Assembly (NCBI GenBank): GCA_048128005.1
Contig: JBEUKZ010000054.1
Location: 558,001 to 622,000, forward strand
Length of the DNA stretch: 64,000 bases
Direction of reading: 5' to 3'
From: Veleropilina oligotropha
Lineage: Eukaryota
Shown: piece after piece, positions 24,719-35,645 of the stretch
How positions within the stretch are numbered: the first letter of the stretch is position 1
Layout: the number at the start of each line of letters is the position of its first letter
Program-made: the position numbers and the translations under genes
The notes under the pieces: generated by a model
What the model was told of the DNA's origin: nothing
Database searches by the model: none
The model's input: the letters and a program-made list of their open reading frames with translations, nothing else

Positions 24719-27676
24719 TTACTGATTAGAAGACCTCGGTCTAACAATAACCCGTTGTGCAGCAACACAGTGTAAGCTGCTTAGGCCATCAGCCCCGGTT
24801 GAGTAGTCGCGCAGATAATGTTTGACAAACACGTTAGCGTTTTTCCAATATCCGGCCTGTAGTAACGCATTGATATTTAAATTATGTCGGAAGGCTACAG
24901 ACGCTGCAATGGCCCGGACCTCATGTGCGCGGACCGATAAAATAGTTCGGTCGTCGTCATCACAACGGATGTAAACATCTCTCACAGTTTGTGAAATCCA
25001 CCGCGAAACAGTAGTCCTCGTAATGTCGCGGGTGTAGGTGGGCAAATACGATATGAATAAACGTAATTTTCCCTGTCGCAACTCACGGGTTCTGTCTAGG
25101 TAGAATCGAAGCGCCCGGACCGGGCAATTGAAGCGGTCTGCGTCGCGCCTTCCGACTAGCGTTAGCTTGGGAATAACAACATCGGGTGCGTCCTCGTTCG
25201 GCCGCTGGTTCTTGGCTAAGAAGCCCAGAATGGGACGCAATATCACCGACCCGTCTGACTGGAATCGTATGTCTCTTAGCTCGGAGGAGAAAGCATGAAT
25301 CTCGGAACAACGCCTGCCCGACGCTAAGGCGATCAGAAAAACTGTTTTGTGCGTCAAGTTCCTCATGGTTATCTCGGACATCGGCTCATACGGGGGTAAG
25401 AGTAATGCGTTAAGAATAAGTACGATATTCCAGGCAGGTGGCTTAATTCTTCGGGTCGGTATCTCGAGTTCATAAGATCGTATAAAATCTGATATCGTTC
25501 GGTCGCTTGATAGGCCAGCATGGGCACGACACTGCTTTAGCGTGGTCGCGATCGTTGCCCGATAACCTTTGACGGCGGACACTGACATACCGCGGTCGAA
25601 GAGCGACGATAAAAACTCGATAAACTTGTTCACAGGGGGACGGAGTATATTGATCTGCCTGCTGTGACACCAATCCACGTACTTAACCCATCGGTAGTCA
25701 TAGACTTTTGTAGTGGAAATCCTTCTCGATCGATAGATACGTAAGGCTGTAGCTTTAGAAAATCCTTTCTTAGCAAGGGATCGTTCGATAACCGCCAGGC
25801 GTGTAAACGTAAGTGGTTCGGCGACTCGTGGAGTACACGGGTGCGTGGTTGCATTAACAGGTCTAGTTTCTGCGGTAACGCTAACGGTCGATCGACGATC
25901 AGATCGAGGAGGGTCGGAAACCAAGGTTGCGTGCGATAAAGGGGCGCTATTAGCGTTATCTCGCAACGTTCGGTCGCTGCCTTCTGTAATACCAGTGATA
26001 GAATGCACGTCGGGGGGAAGGCATACGCGGACAGATTCTCCCATGTCATTGACATTGCGTCGACCGCCAGGGCGGCCGGGTCTGGGTACGGGGAGACATA
26101 CAGAGGTAGTCGGTAATTGAATTCTGTTGCAAACAAGTCGACTTGGGGTTGCGACCACCGGCGGCAAACATCCCGAGCTACTCGGCTGTGTAGCGTCCAC
26201 TCTGTGTGTATAATCTGTGATCTCCGAGAGAGCGAATCCGCTCTGACATTCAGCTTTCCCGGGATGTGTCGGGCTCGAATCGTCGAGTTGAGGGACATCA
26301 CTAAGCGGTGTAGGTCTATTGCTCGGTCGCATAGGGGACGCGAGCGTGTACCGCCCTGGTGCTGTATGTAAGCGACGACAGTCGTGTTGTCCGTGGCGAG
26401 CATTATATGCTTGTTGCGGAGATGTGACGAGAGGGACCGTACTGACAGGAAGACGGCTTCTAACTCTAGGAAGTTGATATGTCGTCCCTGAAGGTCTGTC
26501 GGCCATAGGCCTGATGTCTCGTAACTGTCGAGGTGACCACCCCAGCCGTCGTTCGAAGCGTCTGTGAACAGGTAAGCGTTCGGCTCTGGTGGGGATATAG
26601 GAACCGACTGGTCCGGCAAAGCGGGGTTCAACCACACTGCTGTCGTGTCGGTAAACCAATGCCGTAGATCGATGCGATCCTTCCACTGCCCCGTCCGTTG
26701 TATCCAGCGATCCCTGAAAGCCTGTTGTAACGGTCTTTTGTCCATGCGACCCGTCGGTAGCAGGGGCGCTACCGACTCGATGTGCCCCAGGACAGTGGCC
26801 AGTTGTCGCGCCGTAGTTATGTCCGATGACAGGGTGTCTTGGATAACCGCGCGTAGGTTCCGCATACGCTTCTGGGTCGGCTTCGCGGTGTACCGGACCG
26901 TATCGAAGTCGACTCCGAGGAACGTAAACGTCGTCGAGGGCACGAAGCAGGATTTTGTCTCGTTGATCTGAAATCCCAGGCGCTTCGTCGATGACAGGGT
27001 AAAGCTCGTAGACCGGAGGCACAGATCTCGGGACGCCCCGAGGATCAGCCAGTCGTCGAGGTACATATGTACCCTGTGCCCTAGAGAGTGTAGGAAGGCC
27101 CCCAGGGCCTGTACTGTTCTCGTGAAGACGTACGGGGCTGACGATAGACCGAACGGTAGGCACCTGAATTGGTAGATCGTCTCCCCGTGTATAAACCGAA
27201 GGTACTGATGAGCCGTGATATGCATCGGGACATGCAGATACGCGTCGGCGAGATCGATAGACGCTGCCCAGTCGCCCGGACGGATGGCCGCTCGAATCTT
27301 CGAGAGGGTTTCTTGCTGGAATTTCTCGGTACGAAGATATAGGTTTAGGTACGAGAGATCGAGGATCGGTCTCCAGCGGCCATCGGGTTTCGGGACCAGG
27401 AAGAAATGGCTGTAAAATCCTGGTGTGCTGGGCGGCGCGGGATATATCGCTCTTTTTAGGAGCAAATCCCGCACTGCCTGGTCTAAGACCGCTTGTTTCT
27501 CTCCGTTTAGGAGGCGAGCGTGTCTTGTTGGTGGTGCCTCGGTTAGGGTCGGATGCCGGTTGAATGCCAACTTGTATCCGGCACTCACGACTAAGTGGAC
27601 CCAGTTGCTGTCTGTCAGCTCTAGCCAGGGCTGGCTGTGTGCTAACAGGCACGCTCCCACCGGCGGGAGCGGGCAA
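24719..27676 (-). CDS. DIRS tyrosine recombinase ORF (catalytic part about 24719-25790; upstream part overlaps the RT in another frame)
   Basis: LIALASGRRCSEI (R), CPVRAL, AHEVR (HxxR), GYW...FVKHY (W, Y). Confidence 0.94.
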   Translation of the reverse strand: MPAPAGGSVPVSTQPALARADRQQLGPLSRECRIQVGIQPASDPNRGTTNKTRSPPKRRETSGLRPGSAGFAPKKSDISRAAQHTRILQPFLPGPETRWPLETDPRSLVPKPISSYREIPARNPLEDSSGHPSGRLGSVYRSRRRVSACPDAYHGSSVPSVYTRGDDLPIQVPTVRSIVSPVRLHENSTGPGGLPTLSRAQGTYVPRRLADPRGVPRSVPPVYELYPVIDEAPGISDQRDKILLRALDDVYVPRSRLRYGPVHREADPEAYAEPTRGYPRHPVIGHNYGATTGHCPGAHRVGSAPATDGSHGQKTVTTGFQGSLDTTDGAVEGSHRSTALVYRHDSSVVEPRFAGPVGSYIPTRAERLPVHRRFERRLGWSPRQLRDIRPMADRPSGTTYQLPRVRSRLPVSTVPLVTSPQQAYNARHGQHDCRRLHTAPGRYTLASPMRPSNRPTPLSDVPQLDDSSPTHPGKAECQSGFALSEITDYTHRVDATQPSSSGCLPPVVATPSRLVCNRIQLPTTSVCLPVPRPGRPGGRRNVNDMGESVRVCLPPDVHSITGITEGSDRTLRDNANSAPLSHATLVSDPPRSDRRSTVSVTAETRPVNATTHPCTPRVAEPLTFTRLAVIERSLAKKGFSKATALRIYRSRRISTTKVYDYRWVKYVDWCHSRQINILRPPVNKFIEFLSSLFDRGMSVSAVKGYRATIATTLKQCRAHAGLSSDRTISDFIRSYELEIPTRRIKPPAWNIVLILNALLLPPYEPMSEITMRNLTHKTVFLIALASGRRCSEIHAFSSELRDIRFQSDGSVILRPILGFLAKNQRPNEDAPDVVIPKLTLVGRRDADRFNCPVRALRFYLDRTRELRQGKLRLFISYLPTYTRDITRTTVSRWISQTVRDVYIRCDDDDRTILSVRAHEVRAIAASVAFRHNLNINALLQAGYWKNANVFVKHYLRDYSTGADGLSSLHCVAAQRVIVRPRSSNQ
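25630..27660 (-). CDS. DIRS reverse transcriptase - RNase H - methyltransferase-like ORF
   Basis: FLVPKPDGRWRPILDL, IDLADAYLH, LPFGLSSAP, YLDD; RNase H FTDAS, HINFLELEAV, TDNTT; VDLFAT...YAFPP; true start uncertain. Confidence 0.96.
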   Translation of the reverse strand: MGACLLAHSQPWLELTDSNWVHLVVSAGYKLAFNRHPTLTEAPPTRHARLLNGEKQAVLDQAVRDLLLKRAIYPAPPSTPGFYSHFFLVPKPDGRWRPILDLSYLNLYLRTEKFQQETLSKIRAAIRPGDWAASIDLADAYLHVPMHITAHQYLRFIHGETIYQFRCLPFGLSSAPYVFTRTVQALGAFLHSLGHRVHMYLDDWLILGASRDLCLRSTSFTLSSTKRLGFQINETKSCFVPSTTFTFLGVDFDTVRYTAKPTQKRMRNLRAVIQDTLSSDITTARQLATVLGHIESVAPLLPTGRMDKRPLQQAFRDRWIQRTGQWKDRIDLRHWFTDTTAVWLNPALPDQSVPISPPEPNAYLFTDASNDGWGGHLDSYETSGLWPTDLQGRHINFLELEAVFLSVRSLSSHLRNKHIMLATDNTTVVAYIQHQGGTRSRPLCDRAIDLHRLVMSLNSTIRARHIPGKLNVRADSLSRRSQIIHTEWTLHSRVARDVCRRWSQPQVDLFATEFNYRLPLYVSPYPDPAALAVDAMSMTWENLSAYAFPPTCILSLVLQKAATERCEITLIAPLYRTQPWFPTLLDLIVDRPLALPQKLDLLMQPRTRVLHESPNHLRLHAWRLSNDPLLRKDFLKLQPYVSIDREGFPLQKSMTTDGLSTWIGVTAGRSIYSVPL

Positions 27677-27703
27677 CTGGGGCCGTCGCGAATGCCGGCA
27701 GCC

Positions 27704-29947
27704 CTAGGGCCGAGGCTTCCCTATCCCGCTCTGCTTGCGGGATTTCGCTGGAGGTGCTCGCCTCTTTGGAGTGGGTTTATTGGCCGGAGGCCTACCACCC
27801 GAAGAGGGCTTCGCACGCTTAGAAGGCTTCGGGGCCGGGGTGGGCCCGGAGCGCTTCTTCGAGTTGGCAGGTGGACCCCGGGTGGGGAGCAGTACTGCCT
27901 TCTCGATGGCACGGTCCTTAATGTCCGCCGCTCTCTTGTCAACAAACTCCGTGAAGTTGTCACCAAAGAGAGTGGTGGCCGAGCAAGGTACGCATCGCAA
28001 CGAGCGCCGGGTGGGCTCGTCCAGCGAGGTACCTTCCAGGCAAGCATCCCTACGAAGTAGGAGGGCATTGCCCAGGACACGTCCCGTCTCCAACGCGCTG
28101 GTCTCCTGCGTGGCAGCAACCTCCTGGAGGAAGGACAGGGCAGCCTCGGTGGCGCCGGGTCCATTCTCCTGTAATACGGCTATCGCACCGTCTAGGAAAA
28201 AATCCTGAACGGACGATAGCCGCAGAGCCCGTCGGGCGGAGCTCTCGAAAGCTTCCAAGGCGGACCAAGGAACTTTCGCTACGGAGGGAGGGTGACTGGC
28301 GGTCAGTCGACGCAACGAAGCGTCAACACGAGCCGGCTCAGTCGCCAGGCACGGGCCAGTGCATTCGAACGGGATCGCTCGAGTACTGGCCCGGAGGTAC
28401 CTCCCACTACGGAACCCCGAAGGGAACTCGTTCAGCGGGGAGGACTCCACCGGATTGCGCCCCTGAACGAGCTTGGTGATCGAGTCTACAACAAGATCCA
28501 CCAGCCCGGACTGAGGTAAGGAGGGGAGCTCGGGGGCTTCCCTCGCAACAAACCGATGTGCTGCCGTCCTATGCTTGGCTACGTCTACAGCCGACCGAGT
28601 CGGTTCCGACAAGCCAAGCACCCCGCGAAGTGACGCAACAGCGTCGAGCCTTCGGCGGGTGGAGGAGGTCGGCTCCTGCGTGCCTGTAAGACTAATGTCT
28701 TCGGACCCGACCGATTCAGGGAGGTCGGAGTGATTTGAACAGAGATCCTCGTTGGAACGAGGGTCGATGTCTATCACTGAGGCAGGAGCCGTGCTCTGCG
28801 CCATGGGCAGAAGTGTAGGTACCAGGTGCGGCTCGGGAGCCGTCGGCCAGGCCTTACACCGTTCCTCGATCCCCGCCGCGATCCATGCCTGGACGTTCTC
28901 AAAAGAGAAACCCGGAGGCAGGACGGGCGACGAACTAACAGCCGGTAGTTCTGTCGAGGTAACCGTGGCGCTAGGTAGATGGGCTGCATTGACAGGTCGA
29001 ACCGAGGACCAGGGTCCACGGGCACTTGTCGAGGGGTCGAACCCGAAGGACTGGCCCGGAGGCGCAGTCAGTGGGCCGGACGACCGATAGGACTGCGGCA
29101 ACAGTTCTGATCGGTCTACCACTCTGTTCGAGCGAGGCACGGACGGAAAACCGCCGTAGAACCCCGTCCCGAACGCAGCCGGTCTGTCCACGTTCTCTAG
29201 CGTGACCACGGTGGGTGCACGGGAGAGACCGGGCCCTCTGAATGTCTCGTGAGCTTCGAGGTTGAGCGGAAAACCCCTAGGGGAAGTCGCATCGTTCTCG
29301 ACCGAGGATTCAGGTTTCGCCGATTGTCCGAGTCTTAGACCTACAAGTAGGTGCCCGGCCTCTTTAAAGGCTTTCTCTGCATTGGGTCTGTCACCGTAGG
29401 AAGACGGTGAGTTTCCCGCAGAAGGACTAACTGTCCCCTTATTCTTCGAGGCCGAAGAAAAGGATGGGGATAGTCTGCCCTGTTCAGCTGTTCGCTGCGC
29501 TGTCATGTATACCTTGCTAGCCGGCAAGGTATGGCTGACTGCAGTTACTAGGCCCAGTTGTGGAGGAACGGTCGACACTCGGGTCTTTACCTGAATCTGG
29601 GGTACCGGCAAGGTTTCGGTGACTCTCCCAAGAGTCGCGGAGGTTTCGCCGGTGGATCCGGCGACAGACGTCTGTCGGCTGTCGTCCAGCGTCCCTGAAG
29701 CAGACAAAGAAGAAACGTTAGGTAACTTACCGGTCTCTTCATGACCCTTCTCCACGGGAGGACCCACCATGGCAGTCGCCCTGGTCGACTTACCGTGGTG
29801 AGACAGGGTTGCCCACTGCTTATCTGATAGAAGAAAGCACAGATCACATTGATGATGTATACTACAGCTACGGTGTTTACAACATTCCTTGTGCCTATCA
29901 AATGCGTGAATTTTCTGGTTACACCCGGAGCTACTGCACCGGACCAT
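27704..29947 (-). CDS. DIRS gag-like ORF1 with N-terminal Cys/His cluster
   Basis: ATG at 29947; MVRCSSSGCNQKIHAFDRHKECCKHRSCSIHHQCDLC; long Ser/Pro-rich middle, helical and basic C-terminus. Confidence 0.85.
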   Translation of the reverse strand: MVRCSSSGCNQKIHAFDRHKECCKHRSCSIHHQCDLCFLLSDKQWATLSHHGKSTRATAMVGPPVEKGHEETGKLPNVSSLSASGTLDDSRQTSVAGSTGETSATLGRVTETLPVPQIQVKTRVSTVPPQLGLVTAVSHTLPASKVYMTAQRTAEQGRLSPSFSSASKNKGTVSPSAGNSPSSYGDRPNAEKAFKEAGHLLVGLRLGQSAKPESSVENDATSPRGFPLNLEAHETFRGPGLSRAPTVVTLENVDRPAAFGTGFYGGFPSVPRSNRVVDRSELLPQSYRSSGPLTAPPGQSFGFDPSTSARGPWSSVRPVNAAHLPSATVTSTELPAVSSSPVLPPGFSFENVQAWIAAGIEERCKAWPTAPEPHLVPTLLPMAQSTAPASVIDIDPRSNEDLCSNHSDLPESVGSEDISLTGTQEPTSSTRRRLDAVASLRGVLGLSEPTRSAVDVAKHRTAAHRFVAREAPELPSLPQSGLVDLVVDSITKLVQGRNPVESSPLNEFPSGFRSGRYLRASTRAIPFECTGPCLATEPARVDASLRRLTASHPPSVAKVPWSALEAFESSARRALRLSSVQDFFLDGAIAVLQENGPGATEAALSFLQEVAATQETSALETGRVLGNALLLRRDACLEGTSLDEPTRRSLRCVPCSATTLFGDNFTEFVDKRAADIKDRAIEKAVLLPTRGPPANSKKRSGPTPAPKPSKRAKPSSGGRPPANKPTPKRRAPPAKSRKQSGIGKPRP

Positions 29948-31979
29948 AGCTAAATACACGGGAGGGTGGACGTGGGTAGACGGGGTAGATAAATAGGTAT
30001 ATATATGGTAGTTGAGACTTCTTTCCTTGGAGGGAGTACTACGACAACTCACAGAATTGTCCTGATCTGAAGATTAGAGATCAAGCGATATACCGTTATT
30101 AGAACCCCGAACTGGGAACACCGAGGTCGGGTATTTTACCCGACCGACCCGGTAACCCGGCAAATTGACTAAAACAAAGGGGGGTTCTTTCCTCGAAAAA
30201 ACCCGCCCAGAAAAACACCTGAAAACCTCGTGGATGTTTTAAGTTAGTACAATGGCGTATTATCCCAGCAACGGCAGGATATCAGAAAATTAACGCAAGC
30301 TTAATATCAAAAGATCCTGCCTTTTAACAACGCTAGAAAATTTTATATATAATAAATAACCAGCAAATAGCGTTGTTAAGGAATTATCCAATGTAATGAG
30401 TTACCTGTTTTGCAGTCTCAAACAATATCAGATAATTATACAGACCAGAAATTTCAGCTACCACTCGAAACTTTCCCTCTAAGCGGCCATCTTTAATGGC
30501 CACTGGCGTCCTTGACGACGATGTCTGTTTCCTTTGATGTCCAGAACTTCCTCGAAGTTTTGAGAATCACTCTTCTTATATTCACATGTGTTTTATATCC
30601 ACAACACTGTTATATTCCACTACTTATATACTATATAAGTAGAAACTGCGCCCTGATTTAACGTGAAATCGGGCGCCTATATCGAAATATTTGCGGAGCA
30701 AAAACAACGTCTTTCCGCGGCAGCGGAAAACTTTGAATTGATGTCATGTGACTTCTATTGTTCAGAAGTCTCACGAGACTTGGCGAAGTCTCGCTAGGGA
30801 ACGTGGGGGGTAGGAGCAGGGGAGGTAACCGTGTGCTTTTTTGGCTTATAACGGTGCATTATGGGACATATTCACCATTTCCGGTTTGGGCGATAATATG
30901 CTATTATGGCAAGAGTAAGGACGTAAGTATGTTTGTAACTATATATCCCAGAATGGCTGCTGTTTCAAGTGTTACGCTCTACCAGTCAAGTGATAAAATG
31001 TATCTGTAGCTAACAATATCAGAGGTGCTAAACCATACAGGCGAGACTTAGTAATATTTTCCCAGTAAAATAGTATTCCACGTCAAAAAATATTATTTTT
31101 GATAATACATAAGCCTAAACAAATTAAAGGTCAAATGCGAGTGCGTATGTTTATTTAGTTCTGCTAACTGATATTAAATTACTAATACAAAATTAAACAA
31201 ATCTTTCTAACTGCTTAACACTCATTTATTCTCTCAATCGATTCAGAACAGCTCTTCAGCAGACTCCATGGTTTTCAGCCCTAAAGTGGGTCGAAATGTT
31301 GAAGTAATGATACCCTGCGGCTCACAGTCCACATTACAACCATTTTCCCTAGCATAACGCGTCTCAAACAACAGATTCCATTGGCGTAAGTGATGCCCTT
31401 TTCAGATTTTGACATAAACCGAAATATTTGCTCGTGTATGTTGTAGTCCTTTTGGCGCTGTCCATATAATGTTCCACACATTTTCTCCTCATTTTACTGC
31501 AGTTGCGACCTTTTGGGGCGAATGTGCATTGATTCCATCTCCAAGCATCTCGCTGTTCTGCTTTGCGGTCCACCATTGAAACGTTTGATGAAAATTATTC
31601 AGAACGAGGCTGAACAGTATTTATTTCGTCGGCATTGGATTTCTCGACCTAATTATAATTTTCGCATGCTTTTAGTCTGCAGGCAGTCAGGCAGATATAT
31701 CAATATCCATTTTTCGAAATAAACTATGCAATAATTAAGATAAATTGATACTAATTAATACTGTGATAAATATTGCTAATTATGGATTGGGTGATGTTAA
31801 TGTATAGAAAACACAAAAAAGCCATAAATCATATTTTTTCATATGCTTTATTCCAGCATTCGTATTATCGCATTTGGGTGTAAAAATCGGACAAAATACG
31901 ATTAAATCGTACTGGTTTGCACCTCTGCAATACAATTTACAATTGGTAATGATGAGCAATATCTTTGCCCTGAACATAC

Positions 31980-32109
31980 CTGCGTCTTGTGGATCGGCTT
32001 CTGGGGTCTGTTCTTCATCGTCATCAGGGAGATCTGGCAGGGCATGAGCAAGCGGGAGGTCACCTCCGTCGTCAAATATATCATCCATGTCGAGGGAAAT
32101 AGACTCCAT
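31980..32109 (-). CDS. TIPIN: TIPIN (Timeless-interacting protein, Swi3/Csm3 family), first coding exon
   Basis: ATG at 32109; acidic MESISLDMDDIFDDGGDLPLAHALPDLPDDDEEQTPEADPQDA; GT donor at 31979 (GCAG|gtatgt) whose phase 1 matches the acceptor at 10920; AG acceptor upstream near 32131. Confidence 0.75.
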
Positions 32110-34139
32110 CGTGTCAGGGGGTTGGCGAACCTATCACCAAGATGAATGCATATCAGCAAGGTAACCAAGGTAACCAAGGAATGATTTCAAATAGTGACAC
32201 ACAGTCATTTTTATACTTCACTTTGAAAAACCTAACCTCTTACATATCTATAAAGGTAAGAAGAAAATTCCTGACTCGTGTATGTTGCATTCCTTTTGGC
32301 GCTGTCCATATCAAGTTCCTGTTGACGATGATGCAGAGGTAGAGATTTTCTTTGACTTCGAGCACTCCACAGGTGTCAGGACTTAACATATTAAACAAGA
32401 GGCCTCTCAACCTATCTAGCTCCGCCAACAGCACAAATGGATAAAATAGGCTTATGTAGACACTGAATGCTGACATGCTTCTAAATATAGCACATGTTTT
32501 AATCAACAAATAGAAATTCGAGCAGCACTTCCCCCATGTAATTGTATACTGATATGCAGGCTAGCTGTCTTGACCAAGTACAATATTTCAGCAAAATTCG
32601 GACGTACATTTTACTAATATTCACAGGATACGTTAAACACATCATAAGGAAGGTGCATGCCAATTAAGAAAGAAAGTTATCAGACAGTTTCGGAGATATT
32701 CACATTTGAAAGCAAAACTTGTCGCAGAAGTGGATTTTCTAAGTCCAAAAGGTAAATTTTGGAAAAACCGAGACGTAGAAATTTCTTCAGGATATATTCA
32801 GAACATCATAAGGAAGGCTCATGCCAAATTAGAAAAAAAGTTATCAGACAGTTTTGGAGTTATTCACATTTAAAGTAAAAAATTGTCACAGAAGTGGATT
32901 TTCTAACGGCGTTAACCATTTACGAAAACAAGAAGAACGTAACTTATTGGTGCATCCTTCCCTGTAAGTCTTGCCTAAATTATAGTAATACAAATGAATG
33001 CCCGATCAGGGCTTGAAGCCGCGTCATGGGCAAATATATAAGACATGGAGGTTTTAGTAGTTAGCGCGACACGTGACATATTTGACCAATAAGTGGCGGT
33101 CCGGTTCTTTAGTTCAAGAAAGTCGGAAGCCGGTTCTAGTATAGCCACTTCCTACTTATATCCCTCGTGTTATTCCTTTCCCAGAGCAATGGCGTCGCTC
33201 TAAGAATTATGGGATTGCATGACGTCATCTGCAACCTATGTATACATATATTCTAGAAATTCATTACTAACTGAACTTCATTTTTTATGTATAATATACT
33301 ATGTATATATCCGACGCATTTATCAATAAAATATTTTCTATCAATCAAATTGGAAAATTTGATGACACAGCTTGTAAAATGACATTCATCATTTAATCCA
33401 ACAGTTAAATTGTATAACACAGTGCACATAGTGCCTAGTACGCCGCCTACACATCTATTCTACTCATAATCAACGCATTTATTTTAGAAGTTAGCACCGC
33501 CCAGTTAGAACAAAATGTCAACAACAAATGTGTCGACAAACAAAGGAAGTCAAATATTATTTTTAAAATATAGGTATAACAGGGTCGTACAGTCTATTAG
33601 TTGTCAGTGCCGTCTTGCACACCGATTACTCGATCTTATCTTCATATCGCGAACGCTGACCGTCGACTACCTACCGTGCAATCGTTACATCATCGTCTTG
33701 CGCGGTAATTTTTTAGTCTGACGAAATTATACCAAATGCGCATGTCAAAGACACATGATTTCCGGTTCGTCTCATCCTCGTTCGAACACCAATATTTTTT
33801 GGTTCGGTATAAGCCGGAGTGCAATATTGCGAGGATTAAAAACAAAAGTAAAATTACAAGATTACAAAAATATATTTACATATGTTGACTAAATTGTTAT
33901 TACGATTTAGCTAGATTGCTATAACAATTTAATAAATTGTTATTACAATTTAGGTAAATTGTTATTACAATTTGCCTAAATTGCGATTTGGTTAAATTCT
34001 TATTACAATTTGGTTAAATTGTTATTACAATTTAATAAATTTCTTTATATTTATATATGTGCGTGTCTTTTAATTAATTTTCTTATGCGCCGCTCCGGTA
34101 GGCGAGTGGATAAGAGTGCGGGCTCCACCCTTGTGAAAG

Positions 34140-35645
34140 TATTGAAGTTACTACGGAAATGGTTGAAAAAGATAAGCTTACTAAATGTAAGTAAAGCTCC
34201 AGGTCCTGACAACATATATCCCAAATTGCTAAAATACGGTAATGATGAATTAGCAAAGCCATTAGCCCTGATATTCAATAAAACTCTACAAGAAGGCAGG
34301 TTGCCTGATAACTGGAAATATTACCCCAATCTTTAAAATGGGTAGTCGATCAAATACCCAAAATTACCGACCTGTTTGTCTGACACCAATAGTAGGCAAA
34401 ATAATGGAATCTATCCTAAAGGATGCTATCTTAAAACACATAAATTAATTTGGCCTTCGGAACCTTAGTCAGCATGGGTTTATGGAGAAAATATCTTGTT
34501 TAACAAACTTACTGGAATTTTTTAAAGATATGTAACAAGTGCAATTGACAAAGGCAAACCAGTTGATGTTATATATCTTGATTTTCAGAAACCATTCGAT
34601 AAAGTACCACATGGAAGACTATGACAAAATTTAAGTAACCATGGCATTAAAGGCCCAATACTAAATTGGATATGTAAGTGGCTAGAAAATAGAAAACAGA
34701 GGGTTGTAATAAATGGGATAAAGTCAAAGTGGGAACCGGTACTAAGTGGAGTCCCACAAGGTTCTGTTTTGGGACCATTGTTGTTTCTCATATATTTAAA
34801 TGATATTGATGACGTCATTACATCTCTAGTAAAAAAGTTTGCTGACGATACCAAACTGTACAGAATTATCGAAACTGAAGAAGATGCAAAGAAACTTCAA
34901 AGTGACTTAAATAATGTGGTAAAATGGTCTGGGGATTGGCAAATGCTTTTCAACACCAGTAAATGTAAAGTAATGCATGCGGGTTATAATAACAATACCT
35001 ATAATTATACAATTGGTTCAGAAACTTTACAAGAAGTGACCAAAGAAAAAGATTTGGGTGTATGTGTAGACAAGACATTCAAACCATCAAATCAATGTGC
35101 AGAGTCAGCCAAAAAGGGAAATCAAATATTGGGAATGATAAAGAGAAACTTTAATTTTAAATCTAAAGCCATCATAACTCGCCTATACTAGCAAATGGTT
35201 AGACGGCATTTAGAATATGCAGTGCAAGCATGGTGTCCATATCTTGCAAAGGATATCAATATTCTAGAACAAGTTCAAAGAAGAGCCACAAAATTGATAG
35301 GATAATTAAGGGAATTATCATACGAGGACAGACTAAGAGCACTGAACCTCACAACATTATCTATGAGAAGGATAAGAGGTGATATGATTCAGGTGTTTAA
35401 AATGTTTACAGGAAAAGACAACGTTGACAATAGTTTCTTTTTTCAGATGAACCAAAGACATACCAGGGGGCATCAATACAAGATTTACAAATAGCGATTC
35501 CGACTTGACGTTAGAAAACACTTTTTCTCAAATCGGGCTGCCGATGAATGGAATGCTCTTCCTAATAATGTAGTGGAATCGACATCTGTAAACCAATTTA
35601 AAAATCGCCTAGATGAGCATTTTAAGAAGCAGGGCAGGTTATAGA
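34140..35645 (+). mobile_element. 5'-truncated, decayed CR1-group LINE (RT and C-terminal region)
   Basis: [57 protein letters not shown]; several stops and frameshifts. Confidence 0.9.

Larger units (their letters stand above)
23489..30946 (-). mobile_element. DIRS1-type retrotransposon, copy 2 (apparently intact)
   Basis: ITRs about 23527-23730 and 30731-30934, ICR about 23790-23881 complementary to both termini, three open ORFs. Confidence 0.97.

Noticed and set aside
14979..30946. Segmental duplication or assembly duplicate explaining the two DIRS
   Set aside because: Copies differ in ITR interior and gag, each with internally matching ITRs; many copy-1 indels could still be consensus errors
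31281..31722. Short ORFs in TIPIN intron
   Set aside because: No recognisable motifs; possibly an old repeat, unsupported
32940..33830. TIPIN promoter or non-coding first exon
   Set aside because: CpG-richer with candidate motifs and a possible donor near 33676, but cannot be placed without transcript data
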